Source: an uncultured Alphaproteobacteria bacterium (GTDB lineage Bacteria; Pseudomonadota; Alphaproteobacteria; Caulobacterales; Aquidulcibacteraceae). Taken from it: DNA of 64,000 nucleotides. Shown piece after piece: positions 1 through 10,068 of the stretch. Both the position numbers and the translations under genes were made by a program. The stretch covers positions 4,285 to 68,284 of the forward strand of contig CADEEA010000007.1 of assembly GCA_902826245.1 (NCBI GenBank), given 5' to 3'. Position 1 is the first letter of the stretch, and each line of letters opens with the position of its first letter. Below the pieces are notes generated by a model. The model had not been told where the DNA came from and searched no databases. It saw only the letters and a program-made list of their open reading frames with translations.

Positions 1-1283
1 GCCTCGGCTTGCACATCGTTCAGCTTGAAACGCGCGATCAGCTTGGCCTTCGGATCGTCCTCGTTGCGGATGATGCGGATCACTTCATCGAGATTGAGGA
101 AAACGATCAACAGCCCTGCCAGCACGTCGAGACGCTGGGCAATCTTCTCGAGCCGGTGCGCGGTCCGCCGCCCAAGCACGTCGCGGCGATGATCGAGGAA
201 CGCGCGCAGCACCTCCTTCAAACTCATCACCCGCGGCGCGCCGTCGGCGTCAAGCACGTTCATGTTGAGCGATATGCGCACTTCGAGTTGAGTGAGCTTG
301 AACAGGCTCTCCATCAGCATCTCGGGCTCGACCGTGCGTGATTTTGGCTCGATCACCAGGCGGATGTCTTCCGCGCTTTCATCGTTGAAATCGCCCAGCA
401 GCGGCGCTTTCTTCGATTCCAGAATTTCGCCCATGTGCTCGAGCAATTTGGTCTTCTGCACCAGATGCGGGATTTCGGTGACGACGATGCGCCACATGCC
501 GCGGCCCAGATCTTCGGTGTGCCAGCGCGCGCGCACGCGGAAGCCGCCGCGGCCGGTTTCGTAGGCTTCGCGGATATTTTCCGGCGGCTCGACGACAATG
601 CCGCCGGTGGGAAAGTCCGGACCGGGTATAATTTTTAGCAAATCGTCGGTAGTCGCTTTGGAATTATCGATCAGGAACACGCAGGCGTCGATCAACTCGG
701 CCACGTTATGCGGGGGAATGTTGGTGGCCATGCCGACGGCGATGCCTGACGAGCCGTTGGCCAGCAAATTGGGAAACGCCGCCGGCAGCACGACCGGCTC
801 TTCCTTGGTGCCGTCATAGGAGGGACGGAAATCGACCGCGTCCTCGTCGATACCTTCCAGCAGCGCTTCGGCCGCCTTGGTCATGCGGCTCTCGGTGTAA
901 CGCATGGCCGCGGGGTTATCGCCGTCGATATTGCCGAAATTGCCTTGCCCGTCGATCAGCGGATAGCGCGCGTTGAAATCCTGCGCGAGCCGCACCAATG
1001 CGTCGTAGATCGACTGGTCGCCGTGCGGGTGAAAATCGCCCATCACGTCGCCGACCACCTTCGCCGATTTTCGGAACGCGGCGTCGGCACTGAGATTGAG
1101 CCGGCGCATGGCGTACAAGACGCGCCGGTGCACGGGCTTTAGCCCATCGCGCACATCGGGCAATGCGCGGCTAGTGATGGTGGAGAGCGCGTACGCAAGG
1201 TAGCGTTTGGACAGCGCCTCCCCGATCGGCTCATCCACAATGCGCCCGCCGTGATCGGGGGGGTGAGTAATGTCGTCGGCCAT
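1..1283 (-). CDS. parC: DNA topoisomerase IV subunit A, 5' portion (runs off the window start; absent from the ORF track)
   Basis: Manual translation from ATG at 1283: [54 protein letters not shown]...[19 protein letters not shown]...AAMRYTE. The YLAYALSTI and [12 protein letters not shown] motifs are ParC-type. Confidence 0.93.
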   Translation of the reverse strand, partial: MADDITHPPDHGGRIVDEPIGEALSKRYLAYALSTITSRALPDVRDGLKPVHRRVLYAMRRLNLSADAAFRKSAKVVGDVMGDFHPHGDQSIYDALVRLAQDFNARYPLIDGQGNFGNIDGDNPAAMRYTESRMTKAAEALLEGIDEDAVDFRPSYDGTKEEPVVLPAAFPNLLANGSSGIAVGMATNIPPHNVAELIDACVFLIDNSKATTDDLLKIIPGPDFPTGGIVVEPPENIREAYETGRGGFRVRARWHTEDLGRGMWRIVVTEIPHLVQKTKLLEHMGEILESKKAPLLGDFNDESAEDIRLVIEPKSRTVEPEMLMESLFKLTQLEVRISLNMNVLDADGAPRVMSLKEVLRAFLDHRRDVLGRRTAHRLEKIAQRLDVLAGLLIVFLNLDEVIRIIRNEDDPKAKLIARFKLNDVQAE

Positions 1284-1306
1284 GTTCTATCGCCCAAAAT
1301 ATCCAT

Positions 1307-1448
1307 CGTCATTCCGGTCGCGCCCCCGGGTCCGGCCAAAGGCCGGCCCGAGGATGAACTCCGCGCGATCCGGAGCCCGGGGATCGTCGAGCGCGGTGCT
1401 TGCGGCCCCTCGGTTCTGGGTTCCGCCTTCAGCGGCCCCGGAATGACG
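1307..1448. repeat. REP/MITE-like palindromic element
   Basis: Terminal inverted repeat CGTCATTCCGG (1307-1317) / CCGGAATGACG (1438-1448), plus internal hairpin GGGTCCGGCC-AAA-GGCCGGCCC. Intergenic between recO and parC. Confidence 0.7.
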
Positions 1449-1463
1449 GGGGTGCTTGTAGCT

Positions 1464-1606
1464 AGAGTCGCCCCGCAATGCCCAAAGGTTCGATCAGTTT
1501 GTACCGACCCCAAATGGACCTTGTAAAATAGTGAACGCCCCCAAGCCGTCCCAAAATTCTTCCGCATCCATCAGAGTCGCCCCGCAAAACCCAAGCGTTC
1601 GATCAG
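1464..1606. repeat. Imperfect direct repeat of the recO 3' end
   Basis: 1464-1497 and 1573-1606 match at 30 of 34 positions. Both copies end in an in-frame stop on the minus strand. Confidence 0.85.
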
Positions 1607-2299
1607 CCTTCGCCGCGCTTCCGGCATGCCTTCGCCCTTATGGTCGAACAGCCGGCGCTCCAGAAAATAGCCGGCCAGCGCGAATGCGTCCGCTACGTCG
1701 CCCGATTTCAGTTCCGCTTCCGCATCAACCAGAAACGGCGGCAACCTGAGGAGCACATCCGCGTGCGGCGCGCCGGCTTCAGCCGTGGCGGCGCGGCCGG
1801 TGCGCGGGGACACCCATGCCAAGCCCTCGTTCTCCCCGGTCACCGCGCAGCGTGACAGGTCGAGCCCGTAGCCCAACGCGGCCAGCAATCCCAGCTCAAA
1901 TCGCGCATAGAGAGCGGGCCAAATATCACGATGTGGCATCGCCTCGATCAGCACCATCAGGGCATCATAGAGTTGGGGATAGGCTTGCCGCTCGGGCGCG
2001 ACACCGCGAATGAGCGACACCGCGGAGGAAAGACCGGCCAGAGCCGCGGGATCGTCCAACAGGCGCGTCGCATGCGGCTCGGCCAATTCCAGCGGGTAAA
2101 AAAACCCCAATTGATCGGACAGCCGCGCCTTCCAGGTCGCATGCACAAGATTGCCCGCCTGCAGCGAAGGTGCGGCCCGCCGGCCGCCATGCACCACCCC
2201 GCCAAAGCGCCCATGCTCGCGCGAGAACACTTCCGCCACCAGCTTGCCCTCGCCAAAATGGCGCGCGCCGAGCACGATGGCGTGGTCAGTCCAGTGCAT
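1571..2299 (-). CDS. recO: DNA repair protein RecO
   Basis: MHWTDHAIVLGARHFGE N-terminus, CAVTG motif, position downstream of era. Confidence 0.95.
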   Translation of the reverse strand: MHWTDHAIVLGARHFGEGKLVAEVFSREHGRFGGVVHGGRRAAPSLQAGNLVHATWKARLSDQLGFFYPLELAEPHATRLLDDPAALAGLSSAVSLIRGVAPERQAYPQLYDALMVLIEAMPHRDIWPALYARFELGLLAALGYGLDLSRCAVTGENEGLAWVSPRTGRAATAEAGAPHADVLLRLPPFLVDAEAELKSGDVADAFALAGYFLERRLFDHKGEGMPEARRRLIERLGFAGRL

Positions 2300-2628
2300 C
2301 AGCGCACTTCAATGACGGCGCGACCGTTCTTTAGCGCCGACTCAACGCGCGACCACGATTTGTCGAGCCAAGCCAACAATTCAGGTGCGGTGGAATTGCC
2401 GATGCGTAGCCAAACGACTTGCGGACCGCTCGCAGCCGCCCCTCGCCGATCGGCGAAATCAGCGTCCTTGGTGATTATTGTGGCGCCTCGATCAAGCGCA
2501 GCACGCCAGATGTCGCCGTCCGGTGCGTCGCGCAACCCTATTTCGCGCACGTGTTCCGCGTCGTAACCGCGGGCCCTCAACCAACTCAGCAAAGCCGGTG
2601 GCAATTGCTGGTCGACTAGGAACTTCAT
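2299..2628 (-). CDS. DUF5615-family PIN-like toxin
   Basis: MKFLVDQQLP...D.DIW...IITKDADF signature; overlaps the upstream DUF433 gene. Confidence 0.85.
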   Translation of the reverse strand: MKFLVDQQLPPALLSWLRARGYDAEHVREIGLRDAPDGDIWRAALDRGATIITKDADFADRRGAAASGPQVVWLRIGNSTAPELLAWLDKSWSRVESALKNGRAVIEVR

Positions 2629-2852
2629 TCCGCTGCAATGATCACTGGGTGATTGAGTTGCACCGCGGCATAGGCGAGCGAGGCCCTGATGTCCTCTTCT
2701 TCGAGATCTGGGTAATCCGCGAGGATCTGCGCTTGAGTCGCCCCGCCTGCCAGCATCTCGAGAACGTCGGTCACGCGTATGCGCATCCTGCGAATGCAGG
2801 GGCGGCCGCCCATCTTGCCGGGCTCAATGGTGATGCGATCCAGGAGGCTCAT
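2625..2852 (-). CDS. DUF433-family antitoxin
   Basis: RITIEPGKMGGRPCIRRMRIRVTDVLEMLAGG...ILADYPDLEEEDIRASLAYAA is the DUF433 pattern. Confidence 0.9.
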   Translation of the reverse strand: MSLLDRITIEPGKMGGRPCIRRMRIRVTDVLEMLAGGATQAQILADYPDLEEEDIRASLAYAAVQLNHPVIIAAE

Positions 2853-2875
2853 GGGGGGGGTACTACACCTTCGGA

Positions 2876-2914
2876 GCGCCGGCTTCCAGCCTTATGCCGG
2901 CTGGGAGCTGGCGC
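2876..2914. repeat. GC-rich hairpin (REP-like or terminator) between era and the TA pair
   Basis: GCGCCGGCTTCCAGCC (2876-2891) pairs with GGCTGGGAGCTGGCGC (2899-2914) with wobble pairs. Confidence 0.55.
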
Positions 2915-2921
2915 GCAGGCG

Positions 2922-3848
2922 TTACGCATCCCAATCCAGCCCCAGACGCGCATACAACGCGCGCTCCTCGGTCCAGTTCTCGCGCAGTTTCACGTGCAGA
3001 AACAGATGCACGCGGCGGCCGAAGGCTCCTTCCATTTCCTTGCGCGCGAGCTCGCCTATGGTTTTGATCGACTGCCCGCCGGCGCCAATGGCGATCTTGC
3101 GTTGGCTTTCCCGGGCGACAAAAATGGTCTGGTCGATTTTCACCGAACCGTCCTTGCGCTCTTCCCAGGCTTCAGTCTCGACGATCAGTTCGTACGGCAA
3201 TTCGTCATGCAGGCGCAGGAAGGCCTTCTCGCGCGTGATTTCGGCGGCCAGCACGCGCGCGGGCGCATCCATGATCTGGTCTTCGGGAAAGAGCCACGGA
3301 CCAGCCGGCGCGCGCTCGGCCAACGTGCGCGCGAGATCGTCAACGCCATCGCCCTTCCTGGCGGAGATCATGAACACGTCAGTGTAGCGGCCCTGCTCCA
3401 CCAGCTTGCTGGTCATCGCCAGCAGCGCTGGCCGCGCAACCGCATCCACCTTGTTGAGCACTAGGATCGAGGCGATCTCGCGTTGGTCGAGCGCTTTGGT
3501 GATGCTCTCAGAATCCTCCACCGAATGCCGCTCCGCTCCGGTCGCCTGGTTTTCGTGCGCCGCCGCATCCACCACGTGCACGATCGCGTCCACGCCCTCG
3601 ATCGCGCTCCAGGCGGCCGCCACCATGGCGCGGTCGAGCCGCCGCTTCGGGGCGAACACGCCAGGCGTGTCGATCAGCACCAACTGCACCTCATCGCGCA
3701 TTGCAATCCCGCGCACGAGATTTCGCGTGGTCTGCACTTTCTGCGTCACCGCCGCCACTTTGGCGCCGACCAACGCGTTGACCAAGGTCGACTTGCCGGC
3801 ATTCGGCGCACCAATCACGGCCACTACGGCGCAACGTTGCTCAGACAT
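2922..3848 (-). CDS. era: GTPase Era
   Basis: GAPNAGKST, DTPG and NKVD motifs; C-terminal KH domain. Confidence 0.97.
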   Translation of the reverse strand: MSEQRCAVVAVIGAPNAGKSTLVNALVGAKVAAVTQKVQTTRNLVRGIAMRDEVQLVLIDTPGVFAPKRRLDRAMVAAAWSAIEGVDAIVHVVDAAAHENQATGAERHSVEDSESITKALDQREIASILVLNKVDAVARPALLAMTSKLVEQGRYTDVFMISARKGDGVDDLARTLAERAPAGPWLFPEDQIMDAPARVLAAEITREKAFLRLHDELPYELIVETEAWEERKDGSVKIDQTIFVARESQRKIAIGAGGQSIKTIGELARKEMEGAFGRRVHLFLHVKLRENWTEERALYARLGLDWDA

Positions 3849-4539
3849 CGACGCCTCGCGCCTTCAGGAACGCAGTCGCCGCCGCGCGCTGGGCCTCACG
3901 CTTGGAGCCGCCCTCGCCGCGCGACGCGGGAAACCCGTCCACCTGCGCTTCGATCACAAACACCGGCGCATGCTCGGGGCCGGTCTGTTCGATCAACGAA
4001 TAGGAGAGCCCCCGGCGCTTTGACGCCGTCCATTCCTGCAGCACCGTCTTGGCGTCGCGCGGACTGGCGTCGGCTTGCGCGAATTCTTCCGCCCAGAAAC
4101 GCGAAACGAACGCGTGCGCAGCGACGTAGCCTCCATCCAGATAGAGCGCTGCGATCACGGCCTCGCAGAGATCGGCGAGGATCGCCTCCTTATTGCGCCC
4201 ACCCTGCGCCACCTCGGACGCGGACAAATAGGCGAATTCGCCGAGACCGGCACGCCGCGCTGCGCGCGCGCAAGCGTGACGATTGACCAGCGCATTGAGA
4301 CGCGGCGCCAGTTCGCCCTCTTCCTCATCGGCGTGCGCTGCGTACAGGTGTTCGGCGATGATTAGGCCAAGCACGCGATCGCCCACGAATTCCAGGCGCT
4401 CGTAGGAGCGCTTCCTCTTGTCGCCATCAGTGGTGCTGCCGTGAGTCAGCGCCTCGCGCAACAAAGCTGGATCCTTGAATCGATGCGCCAGGACGACCTC
4501 CAGCGCCGCGAGGGACTCGTCGCGCTTTGGCCCGCTCAT
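3841..4539 (-). CDS. rnc: Ribonuclease III
   Basis: ERLEFVGDRVLGL signature and C-terminal dsRBD. Confidence 0.97.
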   Translation of the reverse strand: MSGPKRDESLAALEVVLAHRFKDPALLREALTHGSTTDGDKRKRSYERLEFVGDRVLGLIIAEHLYAAHADEEEGELAPRLNALVNRHACARAARRAGLGEFAYLSASEVAQGGRNKEAILADLCEAVIAALYLDGGYVAAHAFVSRFWAEEFAQADASPRDAKTVLQEWTASKRRGLSYSLIEQTGPEHAPVFVIEAQVDGFPASRGEGGSKREAQRAAATAFLKARGVDV

Positions 4540-4549
4540 CGCTGGCGCC

Positions 4550-5320
4550 TCATTCCACGCTCTTCATGAAGCGGTCGCCGCGAAAACCGGTGAATAGGGT
4601 CCAGGGCGCGAAGAGGTTTGTGGTGTTGTCGAAGGACACCGCCACGATTTGCGCCGGACCGACCATGTTTTCCAACGGAACAAAACCGACTTCGCTGGTG
4701 CGGCTGTCGGCGGAATTGTCCCGATCATCGCCCATCATAAAGTAGTGGCCCTCCGGCACCAGAAATTCACGGGTGTTGTCCAACCCGCTTCGGCCTTCGT
4801 CGCATGTGAAGTGCTGCACGCCATTAGGAAGCGTCTCGCGGTACAACGTAGCCTCAACAATTCCTCGCTCGGCGTTTGGGCAGTCGGGGGTGACACGCAC
4901 ACGCTCGCGCTGCACCGCCTGCCCGTTGATGTGCAACACGCCGTCGATCATCTTGATGCGGTCGCCCGGCATGCCGATCACGCGCTTGATGTAATCGGTA
5001 CCGAGATGTGGCGGCGGCCGAAACACGACCACGTCGCCTCGCTCTGGCGGGCTGGCGAACAGGCGCCCATGCGGAAACAGCGCCTCAATCGGACCAAGCG
5101 ACAGCGAATAGCGGCTATAGCCGTGGGACCATTTGGTCACGACGATATAATCGCCTACTTGCAAGGTGGGCTGCATCGAGCCGGACGGAATACGAAACGG
5201 CTGCGCGACAGCAAAGCGCAGCACCATCGCCAACGCCAACGCTTGCAATACAATTCGCACCAATTCCCATATTTCGCCCATTATCGACCTGGGCGTTGAC
5301 GTTGCAGCTGAAGTGGTCAT
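4550..5320 (-). CDS. lepB: Signal peptidase I
   Basis: IPSGSMQPTL, YIKRVIGMPGD and GDDRDNSADSR motifs. Start chosen at MTTSA (5320). Confidence 0.95.
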   Translation of the reverse strand: MTTSAATSTPRSIMGEIWELVRIVLQALALAMVLRFAVAQPFRIPSGSMQPTLQVGDYIVVTKWSHGYSRYSLSLGPIEALFPHGRLFASPPERGDVVVFRPPPHLGTDYIKRVIGMPGDRIKMIDGVLHINGQAVQRERVRVTPDCPNAERGIVEATLYRETLPNGVQHFTCDEGRSGLDNTREFLVPEGHYFMMGDDRDNSADSRTSEVGFVPLENMVGPAQIVAVSFDNTTNLFAPWTLFTGFRGDRFMKSVE

Positions 5321-5382
5321 TCGTTCTCGTTTCGGAGTGCTGGACTTCTTGATGGCGGAATATTTTAGACTGAATACGCCCC

Positions 5383-5799
5383 TCAAGGCGCCTGCATCGG
5401 GCTCAACTCTGCCGAAATAATGACAAAGGCAACAGCCAGGGGGTAGTCGTCGGTCAGGCTCAGATGCACAGACGGCTCGCGGCCTGCCGGGGTCAGCTGC
5501 GCCAATCGCGCCGCCGCGCCCCCGGTGAGGCGAAGCGTGGGCTGCCCGCTTGGCATGTTCGCCACCCCCATGTCACGCCAGAACACCCCTTTTTTCAGCC
5601 CCGTGCCCAGCGCTTTGGAGCAGGCTTCCTTGGCGGCGAAACGTTTTGCGTAGGAGGCGGCCCGCTGGCCTGGGCGGCGCTCCGCACGAGCACGCTCGGT
5701 CTCGGTAAAAATTCGCATGGTGAAGCGGTCGCCGAAGCGCTCAAGCGAACGCTCGATGCGGCGAATGTCGATCGTGTCGGTGCCGACCCCCAGAATCAT
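5383..5799 (-). CDS. acpS: Holo-ACP synthase
   Basis: MILGVGTD...[15 protein letters not shown]; start at 5799. Confidence 0.96.
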   Translation of the reverse strand: MILGVGTDTIDIRRIERSLERFGDRFTMRIFTETERARAERRPGQRAASYAKRFAAKEACSKALGTGLKKGVFWRDMGVANMPSGQPTLRLTGGAAARLAQLTPAGREPSVHLSLTDDYPLAVAFVIISAELSPMQAP

Positions 5800-5812
5800 C
5801 AACGCGCCTCGA

Positions 5813-6562
5813 TCATACGCGAGCCTCGTCCATGAGCCGTCGCATGCGCGCGACGGCAACCTCCAACCCTGTAAAGACAGCCTCACCGATCAGGAAGTGG
5901 CCGATGTTGAGTTCCGCCACCTCCGGGATTGCCGCGATCGGCGCCACTGTCACGAAATCGATCCCATGGCCGGCATGGACTTCGAGACCGAGCCGCCCGG
6001 CCTGCGCTGCGCCGTCGCGCAACGCTTGCAACGCCGCGCGAGCGGCTTCTACACGGCCCTCGCGCACCGCGTCGCAATAGGCGCCGACATGGAACTCCGC
6101 CACTTGCGCGCCCGCATGCACCGACGCTTCGATCTGCGCAGCGTCAGCCGCGATGAACAGAGACACGCGCGATCCAGCGTCGCGCAGTTTCGCGACGAAC
6201 GGCGTGATCCAATTGTGGCCGCCGACAACGTCTAACCCGCCCTCGGTGGTGCGTTCCTCGCGCCGCTCGGGCACCAGGCACACGGCGTGCGGACGATGCT
6301 TCAGTGCGATATCGAGCATCTCGGAAGTGACCGCCATTTCGAGGTTCAACGGCCGCCCGCGCTCCCGCAACATCGATGCAAGCGCCTCAATATCGGCGTC
6401 AGAGATATGGCGGCGGTCTTCGCGCAGATGGGCGGTGATGCCGTCGGCGCCGGCTTCGAGCGCAATGATGGCGGCGCGCGCGGGATCGGGATGAGTCCCG
6501 CCGCGCGCGTTGCGAATGGTGGCGACATGATCGATGTTGACGCCGAGGCGGAGGCGATTCAT
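5813..6562 (-). CDS. pdxJ: Pyridoxine 5'-phosphate synthase
   Basis: [25 protein letters not shown] and ELNIGH motifs. Confidence 0.97.
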   Translation of the reverse strand: MNRLRLGVNIDHVATIRNARGGTHPDPARAAIIALEAGADGITAHLREDRRHISDADIEALASMLRERGRPLNLEMAVTSEMLDIALKHRPHAVCLVPERREERTTEGGLDVVGGHNWITPFVAKLRDAGSRVSLFIAADAAQIEASVHAGAQVAEFHVGAYCDAVREGRVEAARAALQALRDGAAQAGRLGLEVHAGHGIDFVTVAPIAAIPEVAELNIGHFLIGEAVFTGLEVAVARMRRLMDEARV

Positions 6563-7140
6563 CCAAGCCCCCGGCTTCCCGGCTTCACCGCCGGCAGCGC
6601 GGCAAGTTCAGGCGGCAACCGGTCCGCTGGATATGCCGGCGCCTCCACCGACGCGAGCGACACGAGTTGCGCGCCGATATCGGCCTTGCCCCCGGAGCGA
6701 TCGATCAGACACGCCGCACCGACCAGCGTCCCCGGATGCCCACGGATCGCATCGAGACATTCGCGCGAAGACAGGCCGGTGGTGACGACATCCTCCACCA
6801 TCAGCACACGCTCGCCGGCCTTGATCTCGAACCCACGGCGCAACTGAAACTTGCCGGCCTCGCGCTCGACAAACATCGCGCGCGCGCCGAGATGGCGGGC
6901 GGTTTCGTAACCGGGAATAATCGCGCCCACTGCCGGCGACACGACGACGTCGATCTCACCGAACGCGGCGCGCGCTTTCTCCGCCAGCGCCTTGCACAAT
7001 CGTTCCGTCCGCGCCGGGTCCATGAACACGGCGTTCTTCTGGAAAAACACCGGCGAGTGCAGGCCGGAGGAAAGCACGAAATGCCCCTCCAGCAGCGCCC
7101 CGGCGGCGCGGAACTCATCGAGGACTTGTGCCTGATTCAT
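6559..7140 (-). CDS. pyrE: Orotate phosphoribosyltransferase
   Basis: [14 protein letters not shown] and the PRPP motif [10 protein letters not shown]. Confidence 0.95.
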   Translation of the reverse strand: MNQAQVLDEFRAAGALLEGHFVLSSGLHSPVFFQKNAVFMDPARTERLCKALAEKARAAFGEIDVVVSPAVGAIIPGYETARHLGARAMFVEREAGKFQLRRGFEIKAGERVLMVEDVVTTGLSSRECLDAIRGHPGTLVGAACLIDRSGGKADIGAQLVSLASVEAPAYPADRLPPELAALPAVKPGSRGLG

Positions 7141-7185
7141 GGCCGGGTTCTAGCGGCAAAGACACGGTTGGTCTAATGTGGCCCG

Positions 7186-7754
7186 ATGAACGCGCCGGCT
7201 CGCCTCACTATGAGCTTCGACCGCTACATCGAATGGGAGAAAACCCAGGAACACAAGCACGAGCTTGTGGACGGGGCGATCACCCCATGGCGGGCGGGAC
7301 TTGGGCCCATGGATTGATCGGCGCCAACGTCGCAGCCGCCCTAAACCTCCGTCTTCGGGGCAAGCCATGCCGCGCCATCGGCTCGGACTTCAAAGTGCGC
7401 ATCCCCGCCGGCAATGTGCGCTACCCCGACGTAACCGTCGATTGCGGCAAGCCCAAGCCGGGCGATCTCTGGGCCGCAGAACCGCGCGTCATCATCGAAA
7501 TACTCTCGCCCTCCACCGAATGGTTCGACCAGACCCAGAAGCTGGAGGAATGCCAGTCCATCCCGAGCGTCGCGCACGTCGCGTTCCTGTTGCAGAACCG
7601 CGCCTTTGGCCGGGTATGGACCCCTGCTGGCGGTGGGTGGGCGAGGGTTGACGCGAGCGGGATGGAGGGGGCGCTTGCGTTTGCCTCGATCGATGCAGAA
7701 TTGCCGCTGGCCGAAGTTTACGACGGCGTGGAATTTGCGGCGACGGAGGGGTGA
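7186..7754 (+). pseudogene. Uma2-family (DUF820) endonuclease gene with a one-base frameshift
   Basis: The frame from ATG 7186 gives MNAPARLTMSFDRYIEWEKTQEHKHELVDGAIT and stops at 7317. The continuation MAGGTWAH...YPDVTVDC...IIEILSPST starts at 7287 in another frame. Confidence 0.8.
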
Positions 7755-7826
7755 GAACCGCCGCGCCAACGCTCACCGCCCTCGGCATGATATCTGCCTG
7801 TCGGACCTTGCATTTGGCGTCTAACC

Positions 7827-10064
7827 CTACCCCTTAACCCGCTCCACATCCTTCACCGCTTTACTCGTCCGCAACGCAGCTAAGATGTTCGTCAGGTGCC
7901 TCGCATCGGCGACTTCGATGTCGAAGATCATGTCGAAGAAATCCACCGTGCGTTTGGCCAAGCGCAGATTGAGAATATCGCCCTCGTTCTCGGCAATCAT
8001 ACCGCAGAGTTCGGCAAGTACGCCGCGCTTGTTCTCGACCACGACGACGATACGTCCGACCGCGAGCGTCCGGTTCAGCGCCGTCGGCGTCCAGGCGAGA
8101 TCGATCCACTCGCCCTCGCCTTCCAGGGCGCCTAATTGCTCGCAGTCGATAGTATGGATCACCACGCCTTGCCCTGGCGTTTGCACGCCGATAATACGGT
8201 CGCCCGGTATCGGCGTACAACATTCGGCGAAGTGCAGCCCGACTCCCGCGGTGAGATTGCTGCCCTTGACGTAAAGCTTCGCCTTCTCCCGCTCCATGGG
8301 GCGACGGCCTTCATCCTTGCGGACCTTTTCCTCCAACCCAGGAAACGCCGCGACCACCACGGCGCTCGCTTTGAGCGCGCCGTCGCCGACAGCGATGAAT
8401 AATTCCTCTTCCTCCTGCTTGCCCAACCGCGCGGCAGCCGTCTTCAACGCGGTGTCGGCAAGTTCGTGGCCATAACGATGCAGCGCGTGCGCCACCAATT
8501 CGCGGCCGATGCGCGCGAAATCCTCGCGCTGGGCCTGGCGCTGCAGACGCCGCTGCGCTGAGCGCGCGCGCCCGGTCTTGGTCAGCGCTTCGTAGCCAGG
8601 GAGCGGCGCCACCTTGTCGCCGGTGATGATGTCGATCACGTCGCCATTGCGTAGCGCCGTGCGCAATGGGCGCTCGACCCCGTTGATCTTGGCGCCGGTG
8701 CAGCGATCGCCGATATCGGAGTGCACGGCGTAGGCGAAGTCGAGCGGCGTGGCGCCGTGCGGCAGCGGGATCAGCGCGCCCTTGGGCGTAAACGCAAACA
8801 CATGATCCTGATACATTTCGAGCTTGGCGTGCTCCATGAATTCTTCAGGATCGGCGCCGTGTTCGGCGATTTCGAGCAGCGAGCGCGTCACTTCGCGCGC
8901 GTCAAGGCCGGCGGAGGCCGCCAACTCCTCGTCATAGCCATAGGCTTCGTTCTTGTAGCGCCAGTGCGCGGCGACGCCGACTTCTGCGATCTGCTCCATA
9001 GCGTCGGTGCGGATCTGGATTTCCACGCGCACATTACCGGGACCGATCACGGTGGTGTGGATAGACCGATAACCGTTCGGCTTCGGATTGGAGATGTGGT
9101 CCTCCAACTGATCCGGCACGCACCGCCATGTCTGGTGGATGAGCCCAAGTGCGCGATAGCAATCGTCCGGCGTGTTGACGACGACCCGGAAGGCGTACAC
9201 GTCCGCGAGATCGGAAAACTCCACGCTCTTGCGCTGCAATTTGCGCCAGATTGAGTATGGCTGCTTTTCACGCCCATAGACGCGCGCATCGACGCCGGCG
9301 AATTCGAACACCTCCATGATCGTCTGCACGATGATGGCGACGTTGGCGCCCTTCTCGATGCGTAATTGCTCGAGCCGCGCATTGATGGCGGATTCGGCGT
9401 CCGGGAAGGCCTCGTGGAAAGCGAGACTCTCCAGTTCACGCGCCATCCGCTCCATGCCAATGCGGCGCGCCAGCGGCCCGTATATCTCCAGCGTCTCCAA
9501 AGCGATGCGCCGGCGTTTCCCGGGCTCCGGCAGGTGCGAGAGCGTGCGCATATTGTGCAGGCGGTCGGCAAGCTTCACCAGCAGCACACGAACGTCGCGC
9601 GACATGGCGAGAATGAATTTCTGCAGGTTCTGCGCTTGCTTGTTTTCTTCCGACAGCACTTCGAGTTTGGATAATTTGGTGACGCCTTCGACCAAGTCGG
9701 TCACTTCGTCGCCGAACTTTTCGCGGAGCTCCTCAGGCGTGGCGTCGGTGTCCTCGAGGGTGTCGTGCAGTAGGCCCGCGATAATGGTGGTGGTGTCGAG
9801 TTTGTACTCAGTGAGCAGCCCCGCCACCTCGATGGGATGCGCGAAATACGGGTCGCCGGAATGGCGCACCTGGCTGCCATGCTTCAGCGTGGTGAACACG
9901 TAGGCGCGATTGATCAGCTGGTCGTCGATCGAGGGGTCGTAGGCGCGCATGCGATCGACCAGTTCGAACTGGCGTAGATAGGGCGCACGCGTGAGCGCGT
10001 CACCCGCGCCAGCCTGATTTTGACCGGCAGGGCCTTTGCCAAGGACGACGTCGCCGTCGTCCAT
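7827..10064 (-). CDS. spoT: Bifunctional (p)ppGpp synthetase/hydrolase
   Basis: HD domain (LLHDTLED), synthetase (GYRSIHT), TGS and ACT domains. Confidence 0.97.
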   Translation of the reverse strand: MDDGDVVLGKGPAGQNQAGAGDALTRAPYLRQFELVDRMRAYDPSIDDQLINRAYVFTTLKHGSQVRHSGDPYFAHPIEVAGLLTEYKLDTTTIIAGLLHDTLEDTDATPEELREKFGDEVTDLVEGVTKLSKLEVLSEENKQAQNLQKFILAMSRDVRVLLVKLADRLHNMRTLSHLPEPGKRRRIALETLEIYGPLARRIGMERMARELESLAFHEAFPDAESAINARLEQLRIEKGANVAIIVQTIMEVFEFAGVDARVYGREKQPYSIWRKLQRKSVEFSDLADVYAFRVVVNTPDDCYRALGLIHQTWRCVPDQLEDHISNPKPNGYRSIHTTVIGPGNVRVEIQIRTDAMEQIAEVGVAAHWRYKNEAYGYDEELAASAGLDAREVTRSLLEIAEHGADPEEFMEHAKLEMYQDHVFAFTPKGALIPLPHGATPLDFAYAVHSDIGDRCTGAKINGVERPLRTALRNGDVIDIITGDKVAPLPGYEALTKTGRARSAQRRLQRQAQREDFARIGRELVAHALHRYGHELADTALKTAAARLGKQEEEELFIAVGDGALKASAVVVAAFPGLEEKVRKDEGRRPMEREKAKLYVKGSNLTAGVGLHFAECCTPIPGDRIIGVQTPGQGVVIHTIDCEQLGALEGEGEWIDLAWTPTALNRTLAVGRIVVVVENKRGVLAELCGMIAENEGDILNLRLAKRTVDFFDMIFDIEVADARHLTNILAALRTSKAVKDVERVKG

Positions 10065-10068
10065 CGGC

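Noticed and set aside
990-1050. ParC has Gln at the Ser80-equivalent quinolone-resistance position ([10 protein letters not shown])
   Set aside because: As far as I recall this is a normal alphaproteobacterial ParC sequence, not an acquired resistance mutation.
9-1142. Several plus-strand ORFs at the window start
   Set aside because: They are antisense shadows of parC, which the ORF track missed because it runs off the edge.
1139-1567. 142-aa minus-strand ORF spanning the recO-parC gap
   Set aside because: It reads through a palindromic repeat and out of frame into parC, and shows no protein motifs.
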